A stretch of 64,000 nt of DNA, taken from the NCBI RefSeq assembly GCF_037042905.1, contig NC_087245.1, positions 41,852,001 through 41,916,000 on the forward strand, read 5' to 3'. Under the pieces are notes generated by a model. The model was not told where the DNA came from and made no database searches. It saw only the letters and a list, made by a program, of their open reading frames with translations. A program made the position numbers and the translations under genes. Source of the stretch: Lytechinus pictus (taxonomy: Eukaryota). Of this stretch, positions 27,749-39,552 are shown one piece after another. How positions within the stretch are numbered: the stretch's first letter is position 1; each line of letters starts with the position of its first letter.

Positions 27749-29920
27749 CTTCCTATTGAGTTCCAGGTTCATTGGGAGTTGACATAATCGTATATAGCTC
27801 TCGATGTTTGACACAGTACTTGCCAAAATGCACCTATGAAAGAGATTCCAAGAATTCTATACCAAAGAGCAGTATTCCTTGATCAGGAAGGTTTGCTTAA
27901 CACTAACAAGGAACGTGATTAATCCCCTAACGTTCTACCGATAGAGCAGAACTTTAGACGTGCTCTGATGGTTTCCATGACGAGGTACAAGATATTTTAT
28001 TTCGATTTTTGAAACATAATCACAAATAATTTTGTTTTTAATGGTATAATAGCAAGACATGTATAAAAAAATGAAATAAATAAAATTCATATTTAGAAAT
28101 CGAATGAACCTGACGGGGGGTATTGCTGATATTGAATAAATCAAAGAATGAATTTGCGTAAGGAAAACCAATTACCGTAACCTTTGCAAGGTATGGATTA
28201 TCATAATAAATGAAATGAAATGCTTGTTTTTTTTTTTTTAATATTGCACGTGAAGCAGCCGATCGCCAAATTGAATACAATCAAACATTAAACATTATGG
28301 AAGACTATGAAATACAGAATTATGAAGATCTACACACTTCGTGACAAAGCAATGTCAGACAAAAGATCAACATTTATTTCAAGGAAAATGGAGGTGGAGA
28401 CTACATATCTTTGTAAAGAGAGGAAATTGATTGGTACTCTGGCATTTCAATTTATGAAGGAAGGTTATGCTGCCATCGTAAGTAGGCCTTTGGATAAACA
28501 GGAAAAACCTTCATTGACAAAAAAATATGATGAGGTGCAAGGACTCGTTTAGTAAAAGTAAGCCTAAAATAATTCAGAACGAACACAGTACGATGTTTTA
28601 AGGCTTCTCCCAATTTCTTTTTAATTGCGGATTTGCGGACATTGAGGCTTCATAATGTAAGTCTGAGATGGATCCGGTTCGGTTATAAAATATGACAATG
28701 CAGTTTTCCCCAATATTTTTTACCAAAACAGATTATCTTTAAGTGTTTTCATGGTTGGGATATACAAGGCAAATTTACGCTTTACACCAGGTATAGTCAC
28801 ACAAAAAATGGCTCTCGAAGTGAAAGTACGGTTTTAAAGCTTCCCTTTAATTCAAAATACAATATTTCTTCCGGATATGCTGTGATATCTCTACGGAAAA
28901 GTACTAACATGTGAAAATAAAACTGACGAAACAGACAGGAAAGGGAGAGAAGAATGAGAGAGAGAGAGGGGGGGGGGGGTGTCAATGCTGCAACATATTT
29001 TTGGTCTGGTCATGACGTATACGTAACAAACTGCGCCATTATGACATGTAATGACCCATGTATGGGTAATGCGTTAGCCACATGGTTTGCTATCATAGCA
29101 GTGATAGGGGCTTGCTATTTGCGGCTGCAGATTGTTGACGGAATTTACACATGGGCATTGACGGGTGACTAGGAGGCACGTGAAAGCCTGTTACTTATTC
29201 TCCTCCTGTCGCTTCCTGTTTGTGCGCATCAGCATCATCATCAAATTCGGTGTGGTAACGTTATGTTTCCCAGTTCAACCTTGCCCAGCCGGCACATTCC
29301 TTATCATAACCCTTCAGCTTGAGTTATCGCTTAGTTCCATCTGTCTGTTCGTCTTCAAACATGTCGGATCAGTCTTCGGAAAGTCTGGACTCCTCCCTCT
29401 ATCAAAGCGTGCAGGATGTGTGTTTTCATTGCATGATTTCCTTTTTCACATTATTTTGCAGCTATCACCCACCCCGTCTCCCCACCCACCCCCTCACTCT
29501 GTATCTCCTTATCAGTTTCACTTATATAATAGTTGCAACAAAAATCGACGTTTTGATATGGTAGATTCTTTATAATCGACAAATGCAATCCCAATCACCA
29601 ACAGGGCATCATTATATGACACCAAAGATAATCATTATGATAGCCGAAGTGAAAAGAAGAATAAAGTAGAAGCAAGTTTTCTAATCTTCCTTCGTCTTAC
29701 GTAATTATTCCTCTTACCCGTAGCATCTCCTATTTACGTTTCGCACTTTCTTTCATTGTACTATATATTATGTTTCAACATCTACGTTAGATAACCGGGA
29801 GGGACGCTATCAAAATCAGCAATACGGAACACTGACTCCGGTTCGTAAAATTAGACTCGATTCAACATAATAACGGATCACCTTTCGTGTGATACACTGT
29901 ATATTGGGCATTGATAAGTA

Positions 29921-30240
29921 AAAAAAAAACATACAAATGGCTTCCTTTTAGATATCCGACCTTGCCATACAGTGAAGATAACAGCAGTAGCAAACATTTT
30001 AAAAACATTGGTTCCACTATATATATCTTGAGTATTTATTTAAAAAAAACCATACAATTGATTTCCTTTTAGATATCCGACCTTGCCATACAGTGAAGAT
30101 AACAGCAAGCAAACATTTTAAAAACATTGGTTTCCACTATATATATCTTGAGTATTTATCAAAAAACATACAATTGATTTCCTTTTAGATATACGACATT
30201 GCCATTTAGTGCAGATAACAGCAAAAGCGATCATTTCAAA
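29921..30240. repeat. ~118-bp tandem repeat, about 2.6 copies
   Basis: aaaacatacaa...ttccttttagatatccgaccttgccatacagtgaagataacagca occurs three times. Confidence 0.9.
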
Positions 30241-30256
30241 TATATCCAGAATATAT

Positions 30257-30263
<7 letters not shown>

Positions 30264-30316
<53 letters not shown>
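30264..30316. repeat. (TA)n(TG)n compound microsatellite
   Basis: Directly abuts the 405-bp dimer. Confidence 0.9.
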
Positions 30317-30462
30317 AAAGTTATACATGTACAACAGCTTTGGCAACTCTTTTTATTTAAATATTGTAAAGAAATGGATGAAGAGAACAATGGTAGGCGT
30401 AGCTTAAATCAAGGTTCCCCAGAGCTATCTACCCTTTGGAAAAATTGGTGATGCCGAAAAAA

Positions 30463-30534
30463 TGTCTCTGCCGTGAATCGAACCCGGGCCCCCAGCTTTG
30501 AACGCCGGTGCCTTAACCACTAGACCACAGAGAC
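30463..30534 (-). tRNA. tRNA-like gene with UCA anticodon inside the 405-bp repeat (copy 1)
   Basis: GTCTCTG TG GTCT AGTGGTTA AGGC A CCGGC GTTCAAA GCTGG GGGC CCGGG TTCGATT CACGG CAGAGAC A, then TTTTTT. Perfect acceptor stem, 4-bp D stem, A and B boxes present, one T-stem mismatch. Confidence 0.6.
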
Positions 30535-30867
30535 GGGTTAGTGGCTAGGGCGACCCCGATCCGATTGACCGTCAGATAGACAAATTTTCGACACTATACC
30601 AATTATAATTTCCTTTGTCGGGTGAAGGTGGGTTTCGAACAATGACAAGCCGCCATGCTTCAGCTGGATCAAAGCTATTGCTTTGATACAGTACACGTAG
30701 GGGGAACGTATACAAATGTGTAAAGTTATACATGTACAACAGCTTTGGCAACTCTTTTTATTTAAATATTGTATAGAAATGGATGAAGAGAACAATGGTA
30801 GGCGTAGCTTAAATCAAGGTTCCCCAGAGCTATCTACCCTTTGGAAAAATTGGTGATGCCGAAAAAA

Positions 30868-30939
30868 TGACTCTGCCGGGAATCGAACCCGGGCCCCCAG
30901 CTTTGAACGCCGGTGCCTTAACCACTAGACCACAGAGAC
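30868..30939 (-). tRNA. tRNA-like gene with UCA anticodon inside the 405-bp repeat (copy 2)
   Basis: Same 72-nt cloverleaf with a perfect T stem (CCGGG/CCCGG) and one acceptor mismatch (3' strand CAGAGTC), followed by TTTTTT. Confidence 0.6.
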
Positions 30940-31270
30940 GGGTTAGTGGCTAGGGCGACCCCGATCCGATTGACCGTCAGATAGACAAATTTTCGACACT
31001 ATACCAATTATAATTTCCTTTGTCGGGTGAAGGTGGGTTTCGAACAATGACAAGCCGCCATGCTTCAGCTGGATCAAAGATATTGCTTTGATACAGTACA
31101 CGTAGGGGGTACGGTCAATCGGATCGGGGTCGCTTATCTAGCTTATCTATATAGCTTTGTCTAGCTTATAATGATATCATTGTTTTCTTGATAATTTGGT
31201 GTGTTCCCTTTGTTTACACAGGACATTGTGCAAATTTCCGGTCTGAAAAATTATGACATTGATGGATTTT

Positions 31271-31572
31271 AATAATAATAATAATAATAGTAACGGCATA
31301 TTTACCCAGGGTAGCCACTTCAGTTCCGAAAACTTTTCTCCCAGCGGGCCCTGCTATTATCATTACCCCGGCTTTAGCACGGCTACCTTGATCGGGCGCT
31401 CGAGCATTCTAGGAATTTCTTCCTATACCGGGTACCCATTCACCTCACCTGGGTCGAGTGCAGCACAATGTGGATAAATTTCTTGCCGAAGGAAATTACG
31501 CCATGGCTGGGATTCGAACCCACGACCCTCTGTTTCAAAGTCCGGAGACTAATCCACTGGGCCACAACGCTT
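31271..31572 (-). mobile_element. Full-length tRNA-derived SINE with CORE-like centre
   Basis: Minus strand: GCGTTGTGGCCCAGTGGATTAG (A box)...GGTTCGAATCCC (B box)...ccttcggcaagaaattt...cacTCGACCCAGGTGAGGTGAATGGGTACCCGG...(ATT)n tail. Confidence 0.9.
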
Positions 31573-32935
31573 TTCTTTGTAAGACGGGGCCCAGAGCTAT
31601 CATTCCTTTCAAGGGTTTACCTTCTATCCAACTTCTTCCGTCTTGATTGTTACAAAACAGATTTGATATGAAAGATCACAGAATAATGTCCTCTGCAAGA
31701 CCAGTGGCTGATGATTCATTATTTTGAGCAAGGATAAAGTGTTTATATACGAGAATGTTTGTAATAAAAAAACATATTCCGATCTCCTGAGAATAGTTAG
31801 TTATAATATTGTATGGCTTAGGTTATGACGGCAGATACACGTAGGTTTTACGTATCAGAGATCCATTCATACATGATTTAAAGTAGAATTTGACCAACGA
31901 TGTGGAAGCCTCAAGATCCTGTTTCCCCGACACCAATCACATCTTTTAATGTTTGTCCGCATCTATAAACGATGTACAGTGTATACAAGGCCATGATGGA
32001 ATGTTGACAGAACACTCATAGGTTCTGATTATGTTGATCCTTAGTGCCGAGCTGCTAATTAATTTGGAAACACTATAAGGCAGAGCAAAAAAAAAATGAG
32101 GGGGCTAGATATGGAGTATCGCGTAAAATTAGTTGAGGAGTTGCGAGCGAGCAAAAATTTCGACATTTTTACTTAAAAAATCCAAGTCTGTGATAGATTT
32201 CGACATCATATTCATTTTACATTAAGAAAGTACATTGCCTTTAAAGCAACCAGTACTGTTTTCTTTTCTTTTTTCGTGTTGAATAAAAAATAGATTATCA
32301 AAAAGAGCCCTTTATTATATGTCTTAAAGTCATACATGTTTTGTTCATGACAAACATGAACAAAATACAAAAAAAGTGAGCAGTTGAGTTTCCTGCATGC
32401 TATTTTTGACATTCAAGATTCTTGATCTCTAAACCCACAACATTTTGTGATAACCCTTTCCGACATGTACAAACAAAGCACAATGTAACCTCACAATGCC
32501 TTTGGCCTAATGAGAATCAACCAGGCCTCGAATCAGGCATCATTAATATGATTGGTTTTGCCTGGTTGTTATTTTGCCATAAGGCTATTAAACATGCACA
32601 TCATAGCGGGAAATGAAAGACCGGTGTAACATGAAACGTTATTGCAAAGTGGACTGTGGATGGGGGTCGGCTAAATTAAGTAGTGTTCGCTTTTGTAATC
32701 ATTTTTAGCTTTACTTTTCTTTTTTTCTTTTTTCATTTTCAAAATATTTTTCGTTCTCATTCACACATCGTTTGTTTCGCCCTTTTATGTGTGTGATATC
32801 AATATCTACCAGTTGTAAAAATTTGTTCGGCGCTGTTTCTTTATTTTATTTCACTATGTCAGTGCCGACTCCCTTTTCTTCTCATATTCATCTCTTCTTT
32901 ATATGTCTCTCTCGCTCTTCCCTCTGACTCTTTCT

Positions 32936-32936
<1 letters not shown>

Positions 32937-33011
<75 letters not shown>

Positions 33012-33012
33012 A

Positions 33013-33078
<66 letters not shown>
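32937..33078. repeat. (TATC)n microsatellite
   Basis: About 35 near-perfect units. Confidence 0.95.
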
Positions 33079-33079
<1 letters not shown>

Positions 33080-34262
33080 ATATCCCTTCATCCATCCATC
33101 CATCTATTTATCTACTTATCTGTCTACCTACCTATCAAACTTTCAAAACTTTTTCTCACGCCACTTCTGATATTAGCCCTCCCATTTTTTTATTTTATAT
33201 ATCTTAAGATGTTCTGGAAGATCAGATCCTATCAATTTTGTAAGGCAGAATAATTAAACAAATATGAACTCGCAATGCACTGTGATAAAAATACCCCCTT
33301 GGTAGAAAAAAGACCATTCACTATTTCATATACGTCACACTCTACCAATGGAGCATGAGTACCAACATACCACAAAACACCACACGCTAAGCTGAATATT
33401 GGGAAAGGTCTCGTTTTAATTAGTACTCGATTGACCAATTCCACAACCCGCTGTGTCCTCATTGTGCAGAAATATGATATCGTGTCGGCCATTTTAAGGA
33501 TACTTTGGGACATATTTTGCTATTTAGAAGCATGATATATATTATTTACAAGACATTAATTAGGTTTGGAAAAGTGTTAAACAATTCAAACGATCGTATA
33601 GAGGCAGTTTCTTTTACTTTTCCTGATTTATGTTGATTTAATTCAAATTTGTTTTATTTTTCTTCTTTCTTTCCTTTGATCATCCCTTTCAGCATTTCAT
33701 TTTATGCCCTGTTATTTTCCTATGTATACTTGCTGTTACAGGCACTTGCCGTATATCATTTGTGAATTACACATTGTATTTCCGCTGTATTTAACCATTT
33801 CCCCTTGAATCTACTATCTGAAAGCTTGTATGCAAGGAAACACACTTTGCCAAACCGCCAAGGCTTTAAGAGTTACATTTGTTATGTTTTCTTGCGTGAC
33901 GGGACCATTTCATCCTCTTGCTCGCATTTAGGGAAACCAAATCAAAACATTGTGTGTTTATTTTGCAGGGGGAAATGCAGTCATAACATTCAAGAAATAA
34001 TATTTCCCTTTTCAAGCAGAAAGCAGCTCCTCGGTGCATTCTAATAAGATGTCGCTCGAGAGGGGATTTTGGTCTAACGCTTTTTTATAGGAAGAACGGC
34101 TATACAAGGCGCAGATACGAACTTTAAGTTGATTCCCGTTGAATATTCCAAATTAAATTTTTTTTTATATTATTGAAAATAAAAAAATACAAACATCAAG
34201 ACCACAGGAGTGAATGTAGTAAATATGTTCGCGTAAAGCGGTATGAAAATGTGATATAATAA

Positions 34263-34336
34263 AATAATAATAATAATAATATACAACGTTTATATAGCGC
34301 TTAATGCAAATGTTTCTAAGCGGTGCATACTATTAT
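34263..34336 (-). mobile_element. Isolated SINE/L2-like 3' tail
   Basis: Reverse complement tagtatgcaccgcttagaaacatttgcattaagcgctatataaa plus (ATT)n, matching the tail at ~55300-55345. Confidence 0.7.
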
Positions 34337-34619
34337 AATGCATTATCATAATTCTTATTGGTCATTTCCTATCATAACCATTAATTCGATAAAAAATTAT
34401 CATTTTTAATACATGCGATTGATATATAATGTTGTTTCTATTCTGTCATTATTTATTATCATTATTATTGTTTGCGTACTATTCACAATCATCTTGTATA
34501 ATTGTTCTCTCATTATCATTTTTTTAGTGCTTTTAATTTATCATCGTTCTGCATTATCATAAAGGATGATGAAAATAAACACCACATAGTATTCAAGAGG
34601 CTATGCGGCCAAACATCAA

Positions 34620-34741
34620 AACAGATTTGAAAGGACATTTTATGCGAAAGTTACCATGGTAATGCTTCTCAGCCAACAATATCAAGTAAAATTTTAGATC
34701 CGACATTGCGTCGGACAAACAAAAATTGATGAAACACTCCC
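34620..34741 (-). mobile_element. MITE family A, decayed copy
   Basis: agttaccatggtaa...ctcagccaa...agatccgaca...ttgatgaaacactccc matches the reverse complement of family A. Confidence 0.6.
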
Positions 34742-35645
34742 TAGGCTGGAAAATATACACATGTACCTCAAAGCTGTCTCAAATATTTTTAGTGAATAAC
34801 TTGCATGGTTGCATGGTTCGCGAGCTAGTCTGGGCTTCACCTCTACGACACTACTCTCATAAACTCATTCAACAATCACTTCGTTGTCAAATGCTCTTCA
34901 TAACAAAGCAGCCTTTGTCGAAAATCGGTGAATCAAAACAGTAGTGTCGTCTCGGACTCTGGACAAATGACATATAGGCCCTATGCAATTTTTCATCCAG
35001 TCCGCATCTTAAGACTATGCTTCCCGATCCATCAACTTTTCAATAGATTCTTAAAGTTCCAAAAGGCGTCTGTGAAGTGGTGGATACGCTAATGTCCGAA
35101 AAGGATACGGTTGTCAACGACAACACTTACTGTCCGAGTCGCCGTCCGTCAAAATCAACACGGGCGTGATTCACCGGAAAGGGATAGCAAATCCTCTGCA
35201 TCATATTCGATCAGTTAATTATTCAGGGCTTTCCTCTCTGATATCCACCTGTCAAACGAGCTCGGATGGCCGGTCAAAGGTCAAATAAGGCCATGGGTTG
35301 GAATTCCAGTCTATGAAGCAATCTCGTTGCTGAAACTCAAATGAATGGTTGTTATTATACGCAGTATATTGTGGGATCGTTAAAGTAATCTTAAAAGTAA
35401 TATAGGGAACCGCTGAGAAATCTAGTATCTAATCGATCATTCACAGTATTAACGATTGCCGCGCTCCTAATCTCCTCTTTCTATCCTGGATTATTTTATT
35501 CGAATAAAATAACATTTCATTTCAAGTATTTTGATGACAAATTCCATGTCCGATTTCGCTGACTTTTTCGTCGAAATGATGGAACACTTCCATCACATGA
35601 TCTTTATCGCTCTGTTCACATCTAAGGTAGATAGCTTAATACTAT

Positions 35646-35801
35646 GGGAGCGTTTCATCAACATTTTACGTCCGACAAAATGTCAGATCTGACAAGTTTC
35701 CTAGATTCTGATTGGCTTACAAGTGTTATTGCTATAGTAACTGTCGGAGAAAACAGGACTTGTCGGATAAAACGTCGGACATTCCTCTTAGAAGCGCTCC
35801 C
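35646..35801 (+). mobile_element. MITE family A copy
   Basis: GGGAGCGTTTCATCAAC...TGTCAGATCTGACA...GAAGCGCTCCC. Confidence 0.8.
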
Positions 35802-35937
35802 TTGTCATAGAAATTTCAGAAAAGGGTATTTTAACGCGATGATGGACCAAAAAAAAATCGCGAACTACTTGATTTCCCAGAAATTAAACAAGCATATTCC
35901 ATATATATTTTGAGTAGCTTTCGTATAGTACAACCGG

Positions 35938-37088
35938 CAGTGGCGTACCGTGGGTTATGGCATTGGGGGGGGGGGGCACCAGCAAATTTTTTGAGTCACT
36001 TAGTGAACGCGCGAAGCGCGCTCAGTTGCCAGGTATACTGACCTTATATAGAGATATTTTAAGGATAATGCCATCAAACGGATATGCACATTATCTCACT
36101 GATCAAATAATGCGAGCGCGAATCGCGAGCTGAAAACTTTTGATATTCAGACCTAAAAAGGGCCATTATAATAATTTTTTGAAATAATGATACGTACCTG
36201 TCTCGCTAAACAATGCGAGCGCGAAGTTCGAGCTGAAATTTTTGTATATATTGACCCCAAACAGGGAGATTTTAAGGACTATATTTTAGGAATCCATTAA
36301 GAGTATACATATCTCACCATAGTCATCTAATGCGAGTGCCAAGTGCTCGCTGATTTTGTTAGAATTACATCTAAACACATGAAGCACTTGTAGTCATTGT
36401 AATCATGAATAACAAACCATATCACTAATTAAATATTGCTAGCGCGAAGCGTGAGCTGAAAATTTAGATAATTCAGACCTGAAGTGGGGCATTCGAATGC
36501 TTGTTTGTAGGAATTCACTAAGACCTTACGTATTTCACTATAAACCAAACGATGCGAGTGCGAAGCGCAAGCTGAATTTTTTTTTATATTTAGATCAGAA
36601 AAGGGGACATTTTAAGGACTGATTTTAGGAATTCATGGAGAGCAGACATTTCTCAACAATCCACTCTTGCGAACGTAATCACGGACAGGAAATGTTTTAT
36701 GGGGCAATCAAGAAGCATATGTCGCTACATAAAACAATAATAACTCGAAGTGCGAGGAAATATATTTGGTGTATATTGACTTGAAAACGGGAGGTTTTAG
36801 TACAACAGGATTATATATCTCGTTAAACAGACATTGCGAGCACCAGGAACAATGAAGACATAGGCCCTCGGAAAATTATGTTTCATAAAGTTATGATAAA
36901 AATGTTTCTTATGTAATATAACATAATTATAATATAATATAACATTATAATGAATAATGATTTCTTCTTTCCCACTACGTTTCTCTCCCTTTCTCCCTCT
37001 TTTTCTCCTTTTCCCCGTTGTTTTTATCAGCCGGTTGGGGGGGGGGCACGTGCCCCCATGCCCCCCCCCCCCCGTAGTTACGCCACTG
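35938..37088 (+). mobile_element. hAT-like non-autonomous element with an internal ~110-bp tandem array
   Basis: TIR CAGTGGCGTA...TACGCCACTG with perfect 8-bp TSD ACAACCGG. GCGAGCGCGAAGCGCGAGC-type units at ~36003, 36112, 36215, 36332, 36438, 36554, 36669, 36836. Confidence 0.9.
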
Positions 37089-38021
37089 ACAACCGGCCAC
37101 TGAATGATAAAGCAACAGATAGGCTCTCTTCTAACGAATGATATCATTCAGCAGAAACTGTCGAGCACATTTAATACTTAGACGTAAAGACAGTATTACT
37201 TCAGTTATATGCGTCTTAGTACTTGTATGCATATTGTGCTTCTTATCATTTTGCAATCATGATTGTCATTCTTCGAGAAACCGATATTAAGTGAAAATCG
37301 TGTACAGTCACTCGCGCAGCAATAGTTATTCGTCCACCGAGGACATAGTCATGAAACCGTGATGTAAGTAATCTATCGAATCTGAAGCAATAATTACGAC
37401 CCAGTGGGGGCGCTGATCACATAGTAAATAAATCAACGGTGTGTATAATGATGCATATATACGATATGTGTTTAAAGTATTGCTAGTATTGCAACACAGC
37501 GAATGTTCCACGAAAGGATATACAAAACAAACGGCCACTTTTAGACTTAAACGTGGCCGAGGGTGACTATTTTCCGGCGAGGCCGAATCCTCACCCGCTG
37601 GTTCTTTCATCACTGGCCAATAAATCGTTTCTTGGAATTGGATTTGGAATCGATAATTCTTGATCGTTGACAAGTTTGCCGGGGTTTTGTTTTTACTGTG
37701 CGTGGGGGGAGGGTTCAGTCCGGGGTCAATTCGGAAAGTTGGATGTCGCTGGAACTTTGATACTCGCCCGTTGAATAAGCATCTTCTCTTAAGTTCTGCG
37801 AGAAGTTGCCTCTATTTGTTGTTGAGTATTTGGTCAATTTGACAAACGATTGCTGGTTATCATTGCAAAGGCAATAAACACAAAATCTGTAAATTATTCA
37901 TTGTTGTCAGGCAGTATATGCTAATACCAGGAGTTGCTCTGCGATTTTTTTTTTCAAGCCAAACTCGCCAAGGTGTGAAGCAGACTTTAACAAGCAATAG
38001 AAATAAGCCTCATCGAATTAA

Positions 38022-38617
38022 AGGTCAAGTTCACCCCAGAAAAATATTGATTTGAATAAAAAGAGAAAACTCAAACTAGCATATCGCTGAAAATTTCATC
38101 AAAATCGGATGTAATATAAGAAATTTATGGCATTTTAAAGTTTTACCTATTTTCACAAAACGGTGATATGCACAACTCAGTGACAAGCAATTGAGACAGT
38201 CGATGATGTCCCTCACTCACTATTTCTTTTGATTTCTTATTGCCTGAATTATGCAATATTTCATTTTTTACAGATTTGACAACAATGACCAACGTGACTG
38301 AATCATATTAAAACGATGTCAATTCCACTGTAGTTCAGGGAGGAATCAATCCTTGTTTCACCTGACAATTAGGAGAGAATTGGTATATTTCATGTTTCAT
38401 ATTAATACAAAAGAAATAGTGAGTGGATGACGTCATCAGTCTCCTCATTTGCACACCGACCAGGATGTGCATATAACTGTTTTGCGAAATTAAGCGAAAC
38501 TTTAAAATGCAATAACTTTCTTATTTTACATCTGATTTTGATGAAATTTTCAGTGTTATGCTTGTTGGATTTTTCTCTTTTTATTCAAATCAACTTTTTG
38601 TTAGGTGGACTTGTCCC
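38022..38617 (-). mobile_element. Second copy of the Kolobok-like element, opposite orientation
   Basis: TTAA|AGGTCAAGTTCACCCCAG...GGTGGACTTGTCCC|TTAA. Full-length homology to the reverse complement of 24317-24907. Confidence 0.85.
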
Positions 38618-38725
38618 TTAAATGAACGTCAGTTTGGATGGACTCCAAGCTTCTATTTAGTTATGAATGTCAATGACAGTTTAACAATCCTTGATTGCAT
38701 AATTCCAGTCTCACAAGGGGAACTA

Positions 38726-39005
38726 CACTTTAAAAAAAAAACTGATTTTACAGAAAAAAAGAAGATTTTGCAGAAAGCAATAACAAAATAATTATGTAAA
38801 TTCATAAAACAGGAATTTTTTACAATTTAACAGGACAGGTCTGTTTAAAAATGGGAAAAGGGTGTTTTATTCAAGGAAATTTGTAAGGTTCCCTACACCA
38901 AATACCAATTTCCTGTAAGATTACGCAATCTGGTAAGATTACAGGTGTTCTCGAGACTCTGCTGCAGGAACTTCTTTTATTTTAAGGATAAATCTTCTAA
39001 CAGTG
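38726..39005. mobile_element. CACT...AGTG MITE
   Basis: TA|CACTTTAAAAA...TTCTAACAGTG|TA with recurrent TTTTACAG/CTGTAA motifs. Confidence 0.6.
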
Positions 39006-39289
39006 TAGTACCGTAGGGGACACAGCTATCTGGATATCTGGCCCATGGTAGTTTCTAAACCTGCAAACCGAGACTTACACGTCATGCACGTATAGATCTT
39101 TAAAAATAGGACAGTTTGAGCAACGTGTAAAATTATAAGAAATAATTTTAAAATGAACAGTGCAACATAATTACTCGTAATTGTAAATTAATGGAATCTT
39201 TAAGTCCTGCCTTTATACTATAATCTATGCAGCGGTTCGTGTGTGCAGCTGAATATCCTTGACTGGCACACCGCTTTAATAATATCTTT

Positions 39290-39552
39290 AAAAGTTTCAA
39301 AATGACACAATATTGAAAGTCACTGATCTTTTTTTCTGTGTTGATAAGTGTGTTTCTCAGCCGTTTCTGTTGTTTTCATGCACCTTAACATCAACATTAA
39401 CATGCACATCTGTGAGATAACATGATTTGAGTCGTGGTTTGAAATATCCATGCTTGTTTGTGTGTTATGTGTTTGCTTGTGCAGAGGTGTGTTTGATCAC
39501 CACGGGGAAAAAAGAACAGTGATTTGCAATATTGTGTCATTTTGCAACTTTT
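39290..39552. repeat. ~45-bp inverted repeat pair, likely part of an old DNA transposon
   Basis: aaagtttcaaaatgacacaatattgaaagtcactgatctttttt pairs with aaaaaagaacagtgatttgcaatattgtgtcattttgcaacttt. Confidence 0.65.

Larger units (their letters stand above)
30312..31133 (-). mobile_element. Tandem dimer of a 405-bp tRNA-containing unit with a 23-bp terminal inversion
   Basis: Units start at 30312 and 30717 (tgtgtaaagttatacatg) and are nearly identical. 31111-31133 is the exact reverse complement of 30955-30977. The other end abuts a (TA)n(TG)n tract. Confidence 0.85.

Noticed and set aside
28307..28552. 81-aa purine-rich ORF
   Set aside because: No recognisable motif or convincing splice context. 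It could be a decayed retroelement fragment but this is unsupported.
30463..30534. Selenocysteine tRNA
   Set aside because: The anticodon is UCA, but the variable region is 4 nt and the fold is standard 7/5. It lacks tRNA-Sec architecture.
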